This document shows positions 17,394 through 27,439 of a stretch of 64,000 bases of DNA, in pieces. A program made the translations under genes and the position numbers. A model generated the notes under the pieces. It was not told where the DNA came from. It ran no database searches and worked only from the letters and a program-made list of their open reading frames with translations. The DNA comes from a virus. The stretch covers positions 1 through 64,000 of the IMG/VR virus record IMGVR_UViG_3300021963_000090; one strand, given 5' to 3'. The number at the start of each line of letters is the position of its first letter. The first letter of the stretch is position 1.

Positions 17394-18624
17394 TATTTAA
17401 TTCTGGAAGGTTCTCATAAATCGGAGTAATGACACCACGATTTATATCCCAGTCTAGATAGAAGTCGAACTCATGTCCGTGACGATTCTTTCTAGATACA
17501 ACTTCAATCATATTAGTTCCTGGGTAACGATGAATAGCCATAGCCATATCAGCATCATACTCAATTGCCTTTGACCAAGCCACCTGACTCATCATAGGAG
17601 GGTTATCTTGATCTGAAATATCATCTGCAGTTGCAGCAGTAATATCAATTACTGGAATATTATTTGATACCGCAAGCAGTTTAAATTCACGAGAAATATT
17701 TCTATTACGCTCTACTTCAGAGTTGCTTCGCTTATTATCATTAAACAGCTGATGATAATCTAGAATAACTAAGTCTGGCTTATGCTGGTCGATCTTACCT
17801 TGAATTGTTGCTGGAGTTACGTCTCCTGCACCTTCGTTAGATACAAGGATGAATGAATTCTTTCCAGTAAACTTCTTCTGACCCCATGACTTAAATGTAT
17901 CAACATCGATATCTCCTTTAGAGAAATCACTTGCACGGAATAAACCAGAACCTAGCATTGTATAAATGCGGTCACGCATATTCTCTGGAGACATTTCAAG
18001 AGATACAATCATTGGCTTAAATCCCTGTTCCCATGCCTTGCATGCAAGGTAGGATGTGAACCATGTCTTACCACGCCCTGGCCAGCCGATAGCAACTATG
18101 AGATGGCCTGGAGCCATACCAGTCGGATATGCCTTATCGATAGCTTCAAAACCTGTTAGGATTCCTGGACTACCGCCCATAGCCGCTGATCGTTCTTTGA
18201 CCGAAAGGAAGTGATTCTCCGCTGCCTCTAAATCGGTAACATCGATATCACGTACATTATTTGTAAACTTGCTAAGACTTGCTAATCTACTCTGCATGTC
18301 TGCAAGAACTCTGGATGCTGCATCTTCTTTAAGAGCTGAGCCTGAATGAATTAAAATACTCTTAAGCTTACTTGAAAGATATTCATTCTTAAGCTTATCT
18401 AAATAATATCCAGTTTCTCCTTTGGTTGCTACTGGTTCAAAATCTTTAAATCTTTCTACAAGGATTCCAACTTCTGGAACAGCCTTAAACTTATAATAAT
18501 ATGACTTTAGGCTATCCCATATATCTTTATGAGAAGTAAAGATCTCGTCAACATTATCTGCAAGTAGTGTGCTTATGTCTTTGTTCTTGCATACCGCAGA
18601 GATTAGTTCCGCCTCTGTATTCAT
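17374..18624 (-). CDS. dnaB: DnaB-like replicative helicase
   Basis: GWPGRGKT, SLEM, ILDY, IEYDAD, KNRHG. Confidence 0.95.
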   Translation of the reverse strand: MNTEAELISAVCKNKDISTLLADNVDEIFTSHKDIWDSLKSYYYKFKAVPEVGILVERFKDFEPVATKGETGYYLDKLKNEYLSSKLKSILIHSGSALKEDAASRVLADMQSRLASLSKFTNNVRDIDVTDLEAAENHFLSVKERSAAMGGSPGILTGFEAIDKAYPTGMAPGHLIVAIGWPGRGKTWFTSYLACKAWEQGFKPMIVSLEMSPENMRDRIYTMLGSGLFRASDFSKGDIDVDTFKSWGQKKFTGKNSFILVSNEGAGDVTPATIQGKIDQHKPDLVILDYHQLFNDNKRSNSEVERNRNISREFKLLAVSNNIPVIDITAATADDISDQDNPPMMSQVAWSKAIEYDADMAMAIHRYPGTNMIEVVSRKNRHGHEFDFYLDWDINRGVITPIYENLPELNNDSSKN

Positions 18625-18938
18625 TCTATTCCTTCCACAAGCTTCCTTGTCTCTTCCCGTAGGTGGTCCCTATGGATTCTATCGTTCTGTATATCTTTTT
18701 GCATTCTATCAATTCTATCGAAGTTATAGAAAAAAAATTGCAGTGGATGATTAAACTTATTTATTCTGAAATAATATTCAATCAATTCTTTTGCACGTTC
18801 ATATCCTACACTATCTATAACGTCTTGCATACCCCACTTTTCACGAAACTTATTAATTCGTGGGCTTCTATTATATTTCTGCTTATATAAAGACTCATAT
18901 AAACTAATTAAAATATAAGGCCCTTTATCATTTGCCAC
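18621..18938 (-). CDS. Hypothetical protein (upstream of helicase)
   Basis: Coupled ORF. Confidence 0.7.
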   Translation of the reverse strand: MANDKGPYILISLYESLYKQKYNRSPRINKFREKWGMQDVIDSVGYERAKELIEYYFRINKFNHPLQFFFYNFDRIDRMQKDIQNDRIHRDHLREETRKLVEGIE

Positions 18939-19131
18939 GTTTTAATTCCTCTTCTACTTCACGAGTTTTTTCAATAAGCTTTTCTTCTACAAACTTATAC
19001 ACTCTTTCTGTAGCCACATTTACACTCTCGCCAGCACGAAGATCATCCTCTACTCCAACACCTATCTTGATGCTTTCATAGTTTCCTAGATTACGTGTAA
19101 AGGACAAATCAACCTTAACTCTTGTTGTCAT
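18928..19131 (-). CDS. Hypothetical protein
   Basis: SD AAGGAG; TRNLGNYESIKI motif. Confidence 0.75.
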   Translation of the reverse strand: MTTRVKVDLSFTRNLGNYESIKIGVGVEDDLRAGESVNVATERVYKFVEEKLIEKTREVEEELKRGK

Positions 19132-19232
19132 TTGTGCTCCTTCATATGTCTAGATAAACTATCGTGAGCGAATATGCCCCACCGTAGTTCCCACTCTTTA
19201 CCGCAAATACTGCATTTAATAATTCTTGCCAT
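19128..19232 (-). CDS. C2H2 zinc-finger micro-protein (34 aa; absent from ORF track)
   Basis: MARIIKCSICGKEWELRWGIFAHDSLSRHMKEHK; TAATG and ATGA coupling. Confidence 0.75.
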   Translation of the reverse strand: MARIIKCSICGKEWELRWGIFAHDSLSRHMKEHK

Positions 19233-19714
19233 TACTCCGCCTTCCAAACAGGTACAAACGAACCGTCAACGGTCTTAGTATACAATATTAAATTGTGTTT
19301 GAGAAGAGCCTGTAATTCTGAGCGTGATGGTAAATCTCTAATATGTCCAGCATCAATAATAAATTGATGAATGTCCAATATGTCCGATTCGCTTAGCATA
19401 TACCTAGACCATGTGCTATCTGGATTACTAATAGGATAAACTTTCTGAGGTTTTTTTATTTTGCCCTGCAAAATATACTCTTCTATTGTTACCCTGTGCC
19501 TACCTAATATTTTACCAACTTCAACAATGCTGTAAGCATTTTCCATACTCTTCTCAACCTGAGAATAAGAATACATTACACGTTTTTTATCTGGGTATGA
19601 CCAAGCAATAATTTCATCTTTCGCCCTAGACGCTTTAAGAACCTTATGGATCTTTCCGTTTAAGAAGAAATAGAAGAGCTTTTTGCGTAATCCCTGTCTG
19701 TTTTTTCTAACCAT
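19232..19714 (-). CDS. HTH (MerR/excisionase-like) DNA-binding protein
   Basis: YSIVEVGKILGRHRVTIEEYILQGKI. Confidence 0.75.
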   Translation of the reverse strand: MVRKNRQGLRKKLFYFFLNGKIHKVLKASRAKDEIIAWSYPDKKRVMYSYSQVEKSMENAYSIVEVGKILGRHRVTIEEYILQGKIKKPQKVYPISNPDSTWSRYMLSESDILDIHQFIIDAGHIRDLPSRSELQALLKHNLILYTKTVDGSFVPVWKAE

Positions 19715-19848
19715 TTACCGAACGCATTCGTTTCCTTATTGATCATCCAACGCTTTCCGCATAGGATGCAAAACAATTCTGTGTGTAGTTTTTGAGAGAA
19801 TACTCTATCAATAAAAACTCTACCATTACATCTTTGACATTTCATCAT
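19660..19848 (-). CDS. Zinc-ribbon protein
   Basis: CQRC...CILCG. Confidence 0.75.
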   Translation of the reverse strand: MMKCQRCNGRVFIDRVFSQKLHTELFCILCGKRWMINKETNAFGKWLEKTDRDYAKSSSISS

Positions 19849-20645
19849 ACGGAAAACAGCTTCCCATCAACAACGCATGTATAGTCTGGAGATATATGAA
19901 TCATCTGAATATGTGGATAGTCATTAACAATATGAGCAACGGCAAATCCCTTTTGCCAATCATGATGCTGAGTATACTTCATTCCGTCACTTTTTTCATC
20001 GCACATATGTCCAATTTCATATCCACGTAGAGTTTCTCCCTCACCATTATTTCTCAGCTCATATGTTACCATATGTGAAGCAATTCGGTGTGAGTGTCCT
20101 CTAATTAAAGATATTTGCATATCTTCCATATCTTTTCTTGCAGATCCAGTAGCAGCAATTGATAGTCCATGATGCACATGGATATCTCCAAATCTGCGCT
20201 TAGGCAGTTCGTTATAATAAATGTATTCATACCCTAATGAATCTAGTGACCATAATGATTCTGGCGTAACCTCAGTAATATAGTCTGGAAGCTTTGCGTC
20301 TACATAATTAAAAATACGAACATCGTGATTTCCCAATGCTGAAAATAGTTGAGCATCTGGAAGCATGTCACGAGTCTTAGTATAAAAATCTCTTGCACCC
20401 TTTGCCTCATGCCGCATCATAGGTACAATTAAATCTTTGCTATCTGTTTTATGAAGGTTCATAAACTCTGCTGAGCGACCTTCTGTATACTTGCTATAAC
20501 AAGCCTGATCATCTGTATCACCAAGGTAATCTACAACATCTGGCTTAAACCATTTCATGACCTTAAACCATAGCTCAATGGCCTTATCATCCTGATACGG
20601 GAATTGCTGATCGGACGATAGCATCCATTTCAAATCGTTTGACAT
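19845..20645 (-). CDS. Calcineurin-like metallophosphoesterase
   Basis: SDQQ, GDTDD, GNHD, HHG, GHSHR; start moved to MSNDLK (20645), which has an AAGGA SD. Confidence 0.9.
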   Translation of the reverse strand: MSNDLKWMLSSDQQFPYQDDKAIELWFKVMKWFKPDVVDYLGDTDDQACYSKYTEGRSAEFMNLHKTDSKDLIVPMMRHEAKGARDFYTKTRDMLPDAQLFSALGNHDVRIFNYVDAKLPDYITEVTPESLWSLDSLGYEYIYYNELPKRRFGDIHVHHGLSIAATGSARKDMEDMQISLIRGHSHRIASHMVTYELRNNGEGETLRGYEIGHMCDEKSDGMKYTQHHDWQKGFAVAHIVNDYPHIQMIHISPDYTCVVDGKLFSV

Positions 20646-20660
20646 TAATTTTCCTTGCGT

Positions 20661-20685
20661 AAAAAAAGTCACGGAGTCGTGACTT
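20661..20685 (-). terminator. Intrinsic terminator
   Basis: AAGTCACG-ACTC-CGTGACTT stem followed by a T tract. Confidence 0.75.
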
Positions 20686-20698
20686 AGATGTTAAAGAA

Positions 20699-20726
20699 AT
20701 TGTAGCATATATTACTAGCCTGTCAA
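20699..20726 (-). promoter_or_regulatory. SigA/sigma70-like promoter of the replication module
   Basis: TTGACA-N16-TACAAT with TG extension. Confidence 0.7.
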
Positions 20727-21157
20727 TAGGCTATTGCTATATAACTTAAATAAACTTTATGTTGCGTAGTGCTTGTAGGCATATAGCATACAGCCGTAAA
20801 TCCAGTAGAAGTTGTTGTTCCTGTTGCAACATTTACCGCTGGGTGCCAGACCTTTGAAGTCGAAGACATTCTTGTAGTTAAAATGACATGTGGAGTTTTA
20901 GGAAAACCACTTGGAAATTTTACGTCTATTTTATTTACCTGTCCTGGGACAAGCAACCACTCGCCAGCATTTGCAGCTTGAATCATTGGCTGTACTGTTG
21001 CTTGTGTTTGAGTACCAGTACTATTTTGAGCACCAGTTATGCTAATGCTAGTAGTTGAAACACCAATTTGTGGAATCTTTGCAGCCAGGTTGTTCACCTT
21101 TAATTCAAGTTCACCTAGCTTTGATGCGTCTAGCGGCTCTCCATCAACAAATGCCAT
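20723..21157 (-). CDS. Minor virion protein with H-type-lectin/gp53-like C-terminal domain
   Basis: VKFPSGFPKTPHVILT..TTSTGFT..YIAI. Confidence 0.55.
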   Translation of the reverse strand: MAFVDGEPLDASKLGELELKVNNLAAKIPQIGVSTTSISITGAQNSTGTQTQATVQPMIQAANAGEWLLVPGQVNKIDVKFPSGFPKTPHVILTTRMSSTSKVWHPAVNVATGTTTSTGFTAVCYMPTSTTQHKVYLSYIAIAY

Positions 21158-21555
21158 TATAGTTTTTCTCCTAAATCATGTGCCGAGATTTCTTTTTCAG
21201 ACACCTCTATCATTTTTGACCTATCTAGACCATATCGATTAAACGAATCTGGATCTACGATGTGTCTTAGTTTATTCTGTGATACTAGATACATTTTACC
21301 ATCTGCGACACTCTTAATCAAGGTGCCGTCTCGAAAGCCTAGTTTACCCAATAGCTTAATTCCTGATAATGCCGCCTCAGTTGCCAATACCGTAGTAAAG
21401 CACCAAGACTGGGCGGCTCTATCCGAAATCAATCTGTAACGCTTGCCATCTTTAATCCAATATGTATCTCTATCTGTTTTAACAGCGATACCTGAAGGGA
21501 AATTAGTCGGCTGTGATATTGTTAAGGTGGGTTTCGAATTCTTTAACAGCCTCAA
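21157..21555 (-). CDS. Hypothetical protein with two ~55-aa repeats (G..IK..YL...K.R.I), possible surface-binding
   Basis: Repeats SGIAVKT..YWIKDGKRYRLI and DGTLIKS..MYLVSQNKLRHI; start uncertain (TTG at 21555 suggested). Confidence 0.6.
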   Translation of the reverse strand: MRLLKNSKPTLTISQPTNFPSGIAVKTDRDTYWIKDGKRYRLISDRAAQSWCFTTVLATEAALSGIKLLGKLGFRDGTLIKSVADGKMYLVSQNKLRHIVDPDSFNRYGLDRSKMIEVSEKEISAHDLGEKL

Positions 21556-21688
21556 CCTTTGCCTCTTTTTCTTCCATAAGTTTAGTAATTTCTGCCCGTA
21601 AAAATGCAATCTGAGTTTCATAATTAGATACGATCTCTCCTATGCGCTGTTGTAGGGCGGTAATAACTAATTCCGCTTTTTCTGCCAC
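21503..21688 (-). CDS. Small coiled-coil protein
   Basis: Heptad pattern; GTG start with GGGA SD. Confidence 0.7.
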   Translation of the reverse strand: MAEKAELVITALQQRIGEIVSNYETQIAFLRAEITKLMEEKEAKVEAVKEFETHLNNITAD

Positions 21689-21696
21689 TTATATCC

Positions 21697-21921
21697 CTAT
21701 TCTACTATTGCTTCTACAGAAACACGTTCTGCAATTAGTGCTGCTAACTGTCTGTCAGCCTCATCTACTAAATCTTCTAACCTTGAAACCTCTTCTTGAT
21801 TTGGAACAGACTTAGAATTTTCCTGAAGGATATCTAGCTCTAGCCCATACTTTGAATACTCTATGCTTCTCTGGTGTGAAGTAATAAGTTGAATCTTATC
21901 TGTTTTTGTTAATATTGTCAT
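21697..21921 (-). CDS. Small coiled-coil protein
   Basis: SD AAGGAGG; TGATATAAT promoter at 21939-21947. Confidence 0.75.
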   Translation of the reverse strand: MTILTKTDKIQLITSHQRSIEYSKYGLELDILQENSKSVPNQEEVSRLEDLVDEADRQLAALIAERVSVEAIVE

Positions 21922-21948
21922 TTTGCCCTCCTTTCATAATTATATCAT

Positions 21949-22155
21949 TTAACCCTGATTAGTCAAGACTTGCTTTTCTGTTTCTAGAGCCTGTTTTATA
22001 GACTCTAAATTTTGTAGGTACTGAGATAGATTAACCTCATTTTTATTATCTGGTGTAGCATATAGTCCTGGATTAGCCATAACATGGTTAACATGATCTA
22101 TATGAAATTGAATATTTGATATTCTTTCTGTTATAATATCTATTTTATTTATCAT
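21949..22155 (-). CDS. Small coiled-coil protein (possible fibre chaperone)
   Basis: ATGA-coupled to the fibre gene. Confidence 0.65.
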   Translation of the reverse strand: MINKIDIITERISNIQFHIDHVNHVMANPGLYATPDNKNEVNLSQYLQNLESIKQALETEKQVLTNQG

Positions 22156-24638
22156 TTGTATTGGCTTATTCCTGAGTATGATCCAGTTAATCCCGCCGAG
22201 TTTGTTGCGGCAACTGATGCGGCATAATATAAAGAAGCATTTGGAGACGTATAAGTATAACTTGTTCCGCTTCCAAGCGATAATGTGGTTAATAGGTACG
22301 ATCCCGTACCAGCACTACTCGTAGCTTCATATATTCTCATTGTATATCCAGTAATTGTTGCTGCTCCTCCACCAGTTACTGTTCCAGCACTAGGAGCAGA
22401 CCATGAAAACGGATATGATGTTCCGCTAGTCCAACCATTTGTTGGTGTTCCAGGAGTTCCTGGAGCAGTTGCTGGAGATCCAGCAGAAGCAGTAATTGTA
22501 TTTGAAGATTGAACTGTTCCAGATGTTCCACCACTATTTGAAGCGGTTGCAAATGCTCTAAATATATTGACTGGAGATATCGCATCACTTGATGTAATTG
22601 TATAAGTTGTTGAGCTTCCACCTCCGCTAGAAGCAACTCGACTACTTGAGGAGGTTGGAATATTTGGGGATAAAGCTGTTGTGATGTAAACATCATATGA
22701 AGTTGGGCTATTTGACCACCCACTTGTTGATGCTGTAATTACGCTTCCTGGAGTATTGTTTCCAGACAAAAATACGGATCCGCCAGATGGTGGATTTACG
22801 ACAGCAAGTCTTGTTCCAGAATTTGGTCCACCCCATTCAGATTTAGTCCCAGATGGATCTCCAGATCTATAAGCCTGAACATAATAATCTCTAGTCACTC
22901 CAGAACCAATAGCTGTGTCTAAATAAGAAGTTCCAGTAATTAAAGTTGTATTTCTATTTCCTCCAAAGTCTGCTAATGAATCGTAGCTTGGCGCTGGTCC
23001 ATACCAAACTCCATAATATGCAGCCCCAGATACTGCTGTCCATGTAACGTTTACTCCATCAGTTCTAGTATCTGTAGCATTTACATTTGTTGGAGTTGCG
23101 AGTTTAGTCAATGCAGCAGTAACAACAATAGAATTTGAATTTGCTGTTTGAGACCCAACTCCATTATTCCAAGTTACCTCTGCTCTGATTGCATATCCTA
23201 CTGAAGAATAAGCCACAATTGGCGAATCAATTGTATATGTAGTTCCACCAGTTTGTAATACACTTCCTCCAGTAAAAGAATTTCCTCCAGTTCCACCATC
23301 TGCTCTTCTCCAAATAATACTGGTTATACTTGCTGATGGAGCAGCCGTTGTTGGACTATTTGCGGTTAATGTTAATGTGCTTCCAGTAGTACTAGATCCA
23401 GAAATTGAAGATGTTGCTCCAGATGGAGATTGGAATGTATAAAATGGTCTTGGGGTTATATCAGAATATGAACTATATGTTCCAGCAGTTGCTGTTCCAA
23501 AACTAAATGTAGTAGGTATATTTTCACTTGAGGATCTTACCCAAAAATAATAAGTATTATTATTTGCAAAAGCAAAAGCCTCGCTAATACTGCTGCTACT
23601 AGTATTAGAAGCAGCATCATAATTAGGAGTTACTGGAAGCGTTTGAACTCCAGTCCAATATAATTGATAATATGGTCCAGATCCACCACTATGACTTAAG
23701 GTAACTAAAGTTTCTGTATCAGAATATCTTGATACAGATGCAACAGATACACTGGTAGGTGGAGTAAGACCAACAACTACTGTAGAAGTAGTTATAATTT
23801 TTGCTTGAACTCCAGTACTTAATCCAAGGTCGTAGTCAGATCCAGAGTTATATCTTGTTTCAACTACATATAAATAGTTATTAAGGTCTGAGGATGTAGG
23901 AGTATATGTTGTTCCGCTACCAACATATGTTCCGCCAGATGTTGAATTAGATAAATTCCTATACCATTCTATAGTTGTTCTATATGACTCTGCAGCATAT
24001 CTATCTGTTTCATCCCATGTTGAAGAATAGGTTATTTGCGTACCAACTTGTGGACTATATGAGCTTAAAGATGTAGTTAGATTTAATGGAGAACTTCGTA
24101 CTATCTGAATTCCGCCATATTCAGTTCCTGATTCTGCATATCCATTATATGCGGTTCCACCAGAAGAATTTGCTTGAATGAAAAAACTTAAATATTTTCT
24201 ATCATACGAAGCAGGAATACTTAAAGAGACTGCACCAGAATATGTAGCTAAAGATGTTTGTGAAAATAAATTTAAATCATTTATATCAGAACTTGAATAT
24301 GCTCTCCATCTATATTGATATGAATTAATTGTCCAACCATTTGGATTCCATGTTCCATTTTTACCCCATACAGTAGTACCAATTCTTCTAACTCCATCTA
24401 CGCCATATAAAGGTGTTGTTGAGCCAGAGCTTGTAGTTATATAAGGAGATGTAATTGAAAATACGCCAGATAGTGGCCAAACTCTTGTCCAACCAGAACT
24501 AAAATATACATAAACATTTTTTACTGCCGACCAAGCGGCTGAGGATGTTCCTGATGCAGTTTTTACAAATATGTTTAAAGCTTTTTTCCAGGTTGTAGAA
24601 GAAGTTCCTGTTGTATTCTTTACGTATATATCTGACAT
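22152..24638 (-). CDS. Tail fibre/receptor-binding protein with Ig-like and FnIII repeats
   Basis: S/T/G-rich beta modules (PTNVNAT..VTWTAVSGA..Y.V; W.AP..ITGY..VAATNSAG). Confidence 0.75.
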   Translation of the reverse strand: MSDIYVKNTTGTSSTTWKKALNIFVKTASGTSSAAWSAVKNVYVYFSSGWTRVWPLSGVFSITSPYITTSSGSTTPLYGVDGVRRIGTTVWGKNGTWNPNGWTINSYQYRWRAYSSSDINDLNLFSQTSLATYSGAVSLSIPASYDRKYLSFFIQANSSGGTAYNGYAESGTEYGGIQIVRSSPLNLTTSLSSYSPQVGTQITYSSTWDETDRYAAESYRTTIEWYRNLSNSTSGGTYVGSGTTYTPTSSDLNNYLYVVETRYNSGSDYDLGLSTGVQAKIITTSTVVVGLTPPTSVSVASVSRYSDTETLVTLSHSGGSGPYYQLYWTGVQTLPVTPNYDAASNTSSSSISEAFAFANNNTYYFWVRSSSENIPTTFSFGTATAGTYSSYSDITPRPFYTFQSPSGATSSISGSSTTGSTLTLTANSPTTAAPSASITSIIWRRADGGTGGNSFTGGSVLQTGGTTYTIDSPIVAYSSVGYAIRAEVTWNNGVGSQTANSNSIVVTAALTKLATPTNVNATDTRTDGVNVTWTAVSGAAYYGVWYGPAPSYDSLADFGGNRNTTLITGTSYLDTAIGSGVTRDYYVQAYRSGDPSGTKSEWGGPNSGTRLAVVNPPSGGSVFLSGNNTPGSVITASTSGWSNSPTSYDVYITTALSPNIPTSSSSRVASSGGGSSTTYTITSSDAISPVNIFRAFATASNSGGTSGTVQSSNTITASAGSPATAPGTPGTPTNGWTSGTSYPFSWSAPSAGTVTGGGAATITGYTMRIYEATSSAGTGSYLLTTLSLGSGTSYTYTSPNASLYYAASVAATNSAGLTGSYSGISQYK

Positions 24639-24647
24639 ATTGTCCTA

Positions 24648-26525
24648 CTAGTATTGTATCCAGATATCACCAATGTAGTAACCAGAACCACTTGGAGTAT
24701 TAACAGAAGCTATAGTATTCCTAAATTGTCTTAATGATAATGTACCGTTAGAATTTGAATTTACTGGACCATCAAAGTAGGCTTCTCCTGTATAGCTAAG
24801 CGTTAATGTTTTACTACTTAATCCTGTACTTCCAGTCCAGCCAAGTGATACGGTTGTTGGAGCTAAAGATAAATATGCTGAATTTGTAGGATATCCGAAA
24901 CTTTCTCTAGTGTTACCTTGTCTAAGAATTACTTCATTACCAGAGTTAAATCCATATAATTGTCCAGTAACTGTTCCATCTCCATTAACAACTTCAAGAG
25001 AGTAGCTTGAAGAATTTAATCTAACTGCTCCAAAAACTCCTGCACTACCTGTTGTTACTACAGCTCCAGTAATAATTCCTCCGCTAATTGTTGCACTAGA
25101 TGTAATATTTCCATTAAATGTTCCGCTACTAAATATAGCATCTGTTGCAGTCATATTACCATCCATGTCTACACGGAATTTAAAATTGCTTGTTGTTCCT
25201 GCACGGATTCCGTCTATTGGATCTATTTTAATAACTTTAATACCAGACTCAGAAGAGTCAGAAGCGCTTTGTCTTATTTCAAATTTTGGACTTACTGGAT
25301 CTAATTCTATTTTAGGATATGCTACTGCTGAACTCTTAAATGCGCTTTCATTAATTATCCATCCACCAATTGTTCCAGATAAAGCAGTTACTGAACCACT
25401 AATAACAGAAAACTGATTATTGCTTGTATATAAATCTCCAGTAAATGATCCTGATGTTGCTGTAACTTTACCAGTTATTTCAAGGCCGCCGCTCAATGGA
25501 GCTTTAAGAACAGGATCTCCAACAGAATTATAAATATGAAGACCAGCTAAAACAGAACCTACTACAGCACTAGATATTTCAACTCTTGCAGAGCTAGCAG
25601 TTCCTGCACGAATAAACGATGTAGCATTAATATCTCCAGCTTTTAAATTTCCAACCGTAAGAACGTCTGAGGCAAGCTTGGATATTACAACTGCACCGTC
25701 ATTAATATCTGCATCTGTTGCTTTGCCTGGGCCTAGTAGTTGGCTTGTTACGTTAGCCTGTATTGTTCCTACAGCTCCGCTTTTATTTACCGCAGCAGCA
25801 TGTATATATACTGGCTGACCATAAACAACATATGTTCCTAAAGGAACAACAATTGTATTCTTAACATTGTTTCCAGTTAAAACACCAACCTGCTCGTACG
25901 TTCCAGGAGTTGCTGATGCAGAATTTCCAGCATATATATTAATAGCTTCAAATCCAGTAAATGTGGAATTTGCATATGTGCCAGCCCAACTAACTTCAAT
26001 TCCAGCAAGAATTCTTTTAGAAGAAAACCCATTAGGGTTTGTTGGATCTTGAACAGTTTCTCCAGCATCTGATATTGTAATTGTATGAGTTGTTCCTACA
26101 GTACTTGTTACTCCAGAAATTGATGTTGCTCTTAATTGAACAATATATGTTCCAGCTGGTGCAGCAATAGTTGCTTTACCTGCAGCAAGAAATGTGTATG
26201 CGACTTTACCTAATCCAAATATTCCGTTTGTTACAATTACATCTACTTTTCTAGCCCCTGCAGGAAATGTAGGAAGTTCTACTGGAATACTTCCAGTAGC
26301 GGTAGATGGAACAATTGTTCCAGTAGGAACTCCTGGAGAAGTTTCGTTTGATGTTGTAACAAAATATCCTGGGGACCAGTCGCTTAACTGTCCATCAGAA
26401 TACACCCACTGAAATTTAATTGCATATGTTTTATTAATCTTTAAGCCAGTAGCTTTAAAATTAAAGTAATTTTTATCAGTATCAGGCTGAGGAGTAGCCT
26501 GTAAATCTTTTGGTGTATCTGCCAT
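24648..26525 (-). CDS. Minor tail protein (FnIII domains plus beta-helical/GTIGGW repeats)
   Basis: Position after the tail-tip genes; SGTIGGW and FRVDMDGNMTA motifs are typical of tail proteins. Confidence 0.75.
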   Translation of the reverse strand: MADTPKDLQATPQPDTDKNYFNFKATGLKINKTYAIKFQWVYSDGQLSDWSPGYFVTTSNETSPGVPTGTIVPSTATGSIPVELPTFPAGARKVDVIVTNGIFGLGKVAYTFLAAGKATIAAPAGTYIVQLRATSISGVTSTVGTTHTITISDAGETVQDPTNPNGFSSKRILAGIEVSWAGTYANSTFTGFEAINIYAGNSASATPGTYEQVGVLTGNNVKNTIVVPLGTYVVYGQPVYIHAAAVNKSGAVGTIQANVTSQLLGPGKATDADINDGAVVISKLASDVLTVGNLKAGDINATSFIRAGTASSARVEISSAVVGSVLAGLHIYNSVGDPVLKAPLSGGLEITGKVTATSGSFTGDLYTSNNQFSVISGSVTALSGTIGGWIINESAFKSSAVAYPKIELDPVSPKFEIRQSASDSSESGIKVIKIDPIDGIRAGTTSNFKFRVDMDGNMTATDAIFSSGTFNGNITSSATISGGIITGAVVTTGSAGVFGAVRLNSSSYSLEVVNGDGTVTGQLYGFNSGNEVILRQGNTRESFGYPTNSAYLSLAPTTVSLGWTGSTGLSSKTLTLSYTGEAYFDGPVNSNSNGTLSLRQFRNTIASVNTPSGSGYYIGDIWIQY

Positions 26526-27439
26526 TAGAATCCTAACTGCAACTTATATTCTATGTCTACCTGTCTGCCAGAGGTCTTATAAATAATATCTCCTCCAGTC
26601 AAAACTGATCTGCTAATCATTCCATATGTTGGATCAAAAGTGTCTTCATCATTAATTCTTAGTCCATCAAAATATACTTTAGTAGTGCCACCAGCACCTG
26701 CTGTAACTTCAACACCAACACTTATAATGTTTGCAAAATCTGGTGGTGTTGTTGAAGTATTTGAAAGTAAAGATGAAAAACTAACCGACTGAATCTTATC
26801 ACCTGTGCCAGATGATGGGGTAAAGTCTGCATAGCAATATTGTGTTTCAGAGCTATAAAATTTTACTTGAATCTTTGAAACATTATTGTCATCTTTTTTG
26901 TATGCAATTGCTAAACTATCATTTATGCTATATCCAGATAGATCTAATTGATTTAATGATAGCTTATATTCTTTAGATGTTGAGGCTGGAGCCTGAATGT
27001 AAACCATATTCTCACCAATTTTTGAAGTGAAAATATCTGTATTAACTTGAATTCCTGGGTTTCCGCCAATAGAATCTGTCCACAAAATATTATTTTCAAA
27101 TAAGCTTATAGACCTATCGTCAAAGTTATTCTTTGAAGATCTTGATCCTGGGTATAAAGCAATCTCTGTAGCAACTCCAGCAACATCTTGTGGAATAGTT
27201 GCCTGATATACAGCCTTGTATGAAAAAATTGGATCTCCGTCTATATCTGTTCCAGTCTGCTCAATATCTATGCTACTAATTGTTGCTGGTAATCTATAGA
27301 ACTCAAAATCTAGCCTGGTGTCATTTCCTTTAGCATTTGGAGTAGTGCTTCCTATTCCTAACGCTATTTCTTTTTTAGAAAAATCTGCATTGCCAGCCAA
27401 GTAATTTATTAAAAATCTTTTCCCAAACTTAGTTATCAT
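26525..27439 (-). CDS. Minor tail/baseplate protein with carbohydrate-binding-like insert
   Basis: MITKFGK..IALGIG..LDFEFYR..EIALY; VYFDGLRI. Confidence 0.7.
   Translation of the reverse strand: MITKFGKRFLINYLAGNADFSKKEIALGIGSTTPNAKGNDTRLDFEFYRLPATISSIDIEQTGTDIDGDPIFSYKAVYQATIPQDVAGVATEIALYPGSRSSKNNFDDRSISLFENNILWTDSIGGNPGIQVNTDIFTSKIGENMVYIQAPASTSKEYKLSLNQLDLSGYSINDSLAIAYKKDDNNVSKIQVKFYSSETQYCYADFTPSSGTGDKIQSVSFSSLLSNTSTTPPDFANIISVGVEVTAGAGGTTKVYFDGLRINDEDTFDPTYGMISRSVLTGGDIIYKTSGRQVDIEYKLQLGF

Noticed and set aside
4354-18624. Inteins or introns in terminase, RecA, DnaE or DnaB
   Set aside because: Lengths are normal, motifs are contiguous, and no splice-junction or homing-endonuclease signatures were seen.
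19845-20645. Inactive phosphoesterase because of DxQ in place of DxH
   Set aside because: All other metal-binding motifs are intact; a single substitution is not enough to call loss of function.
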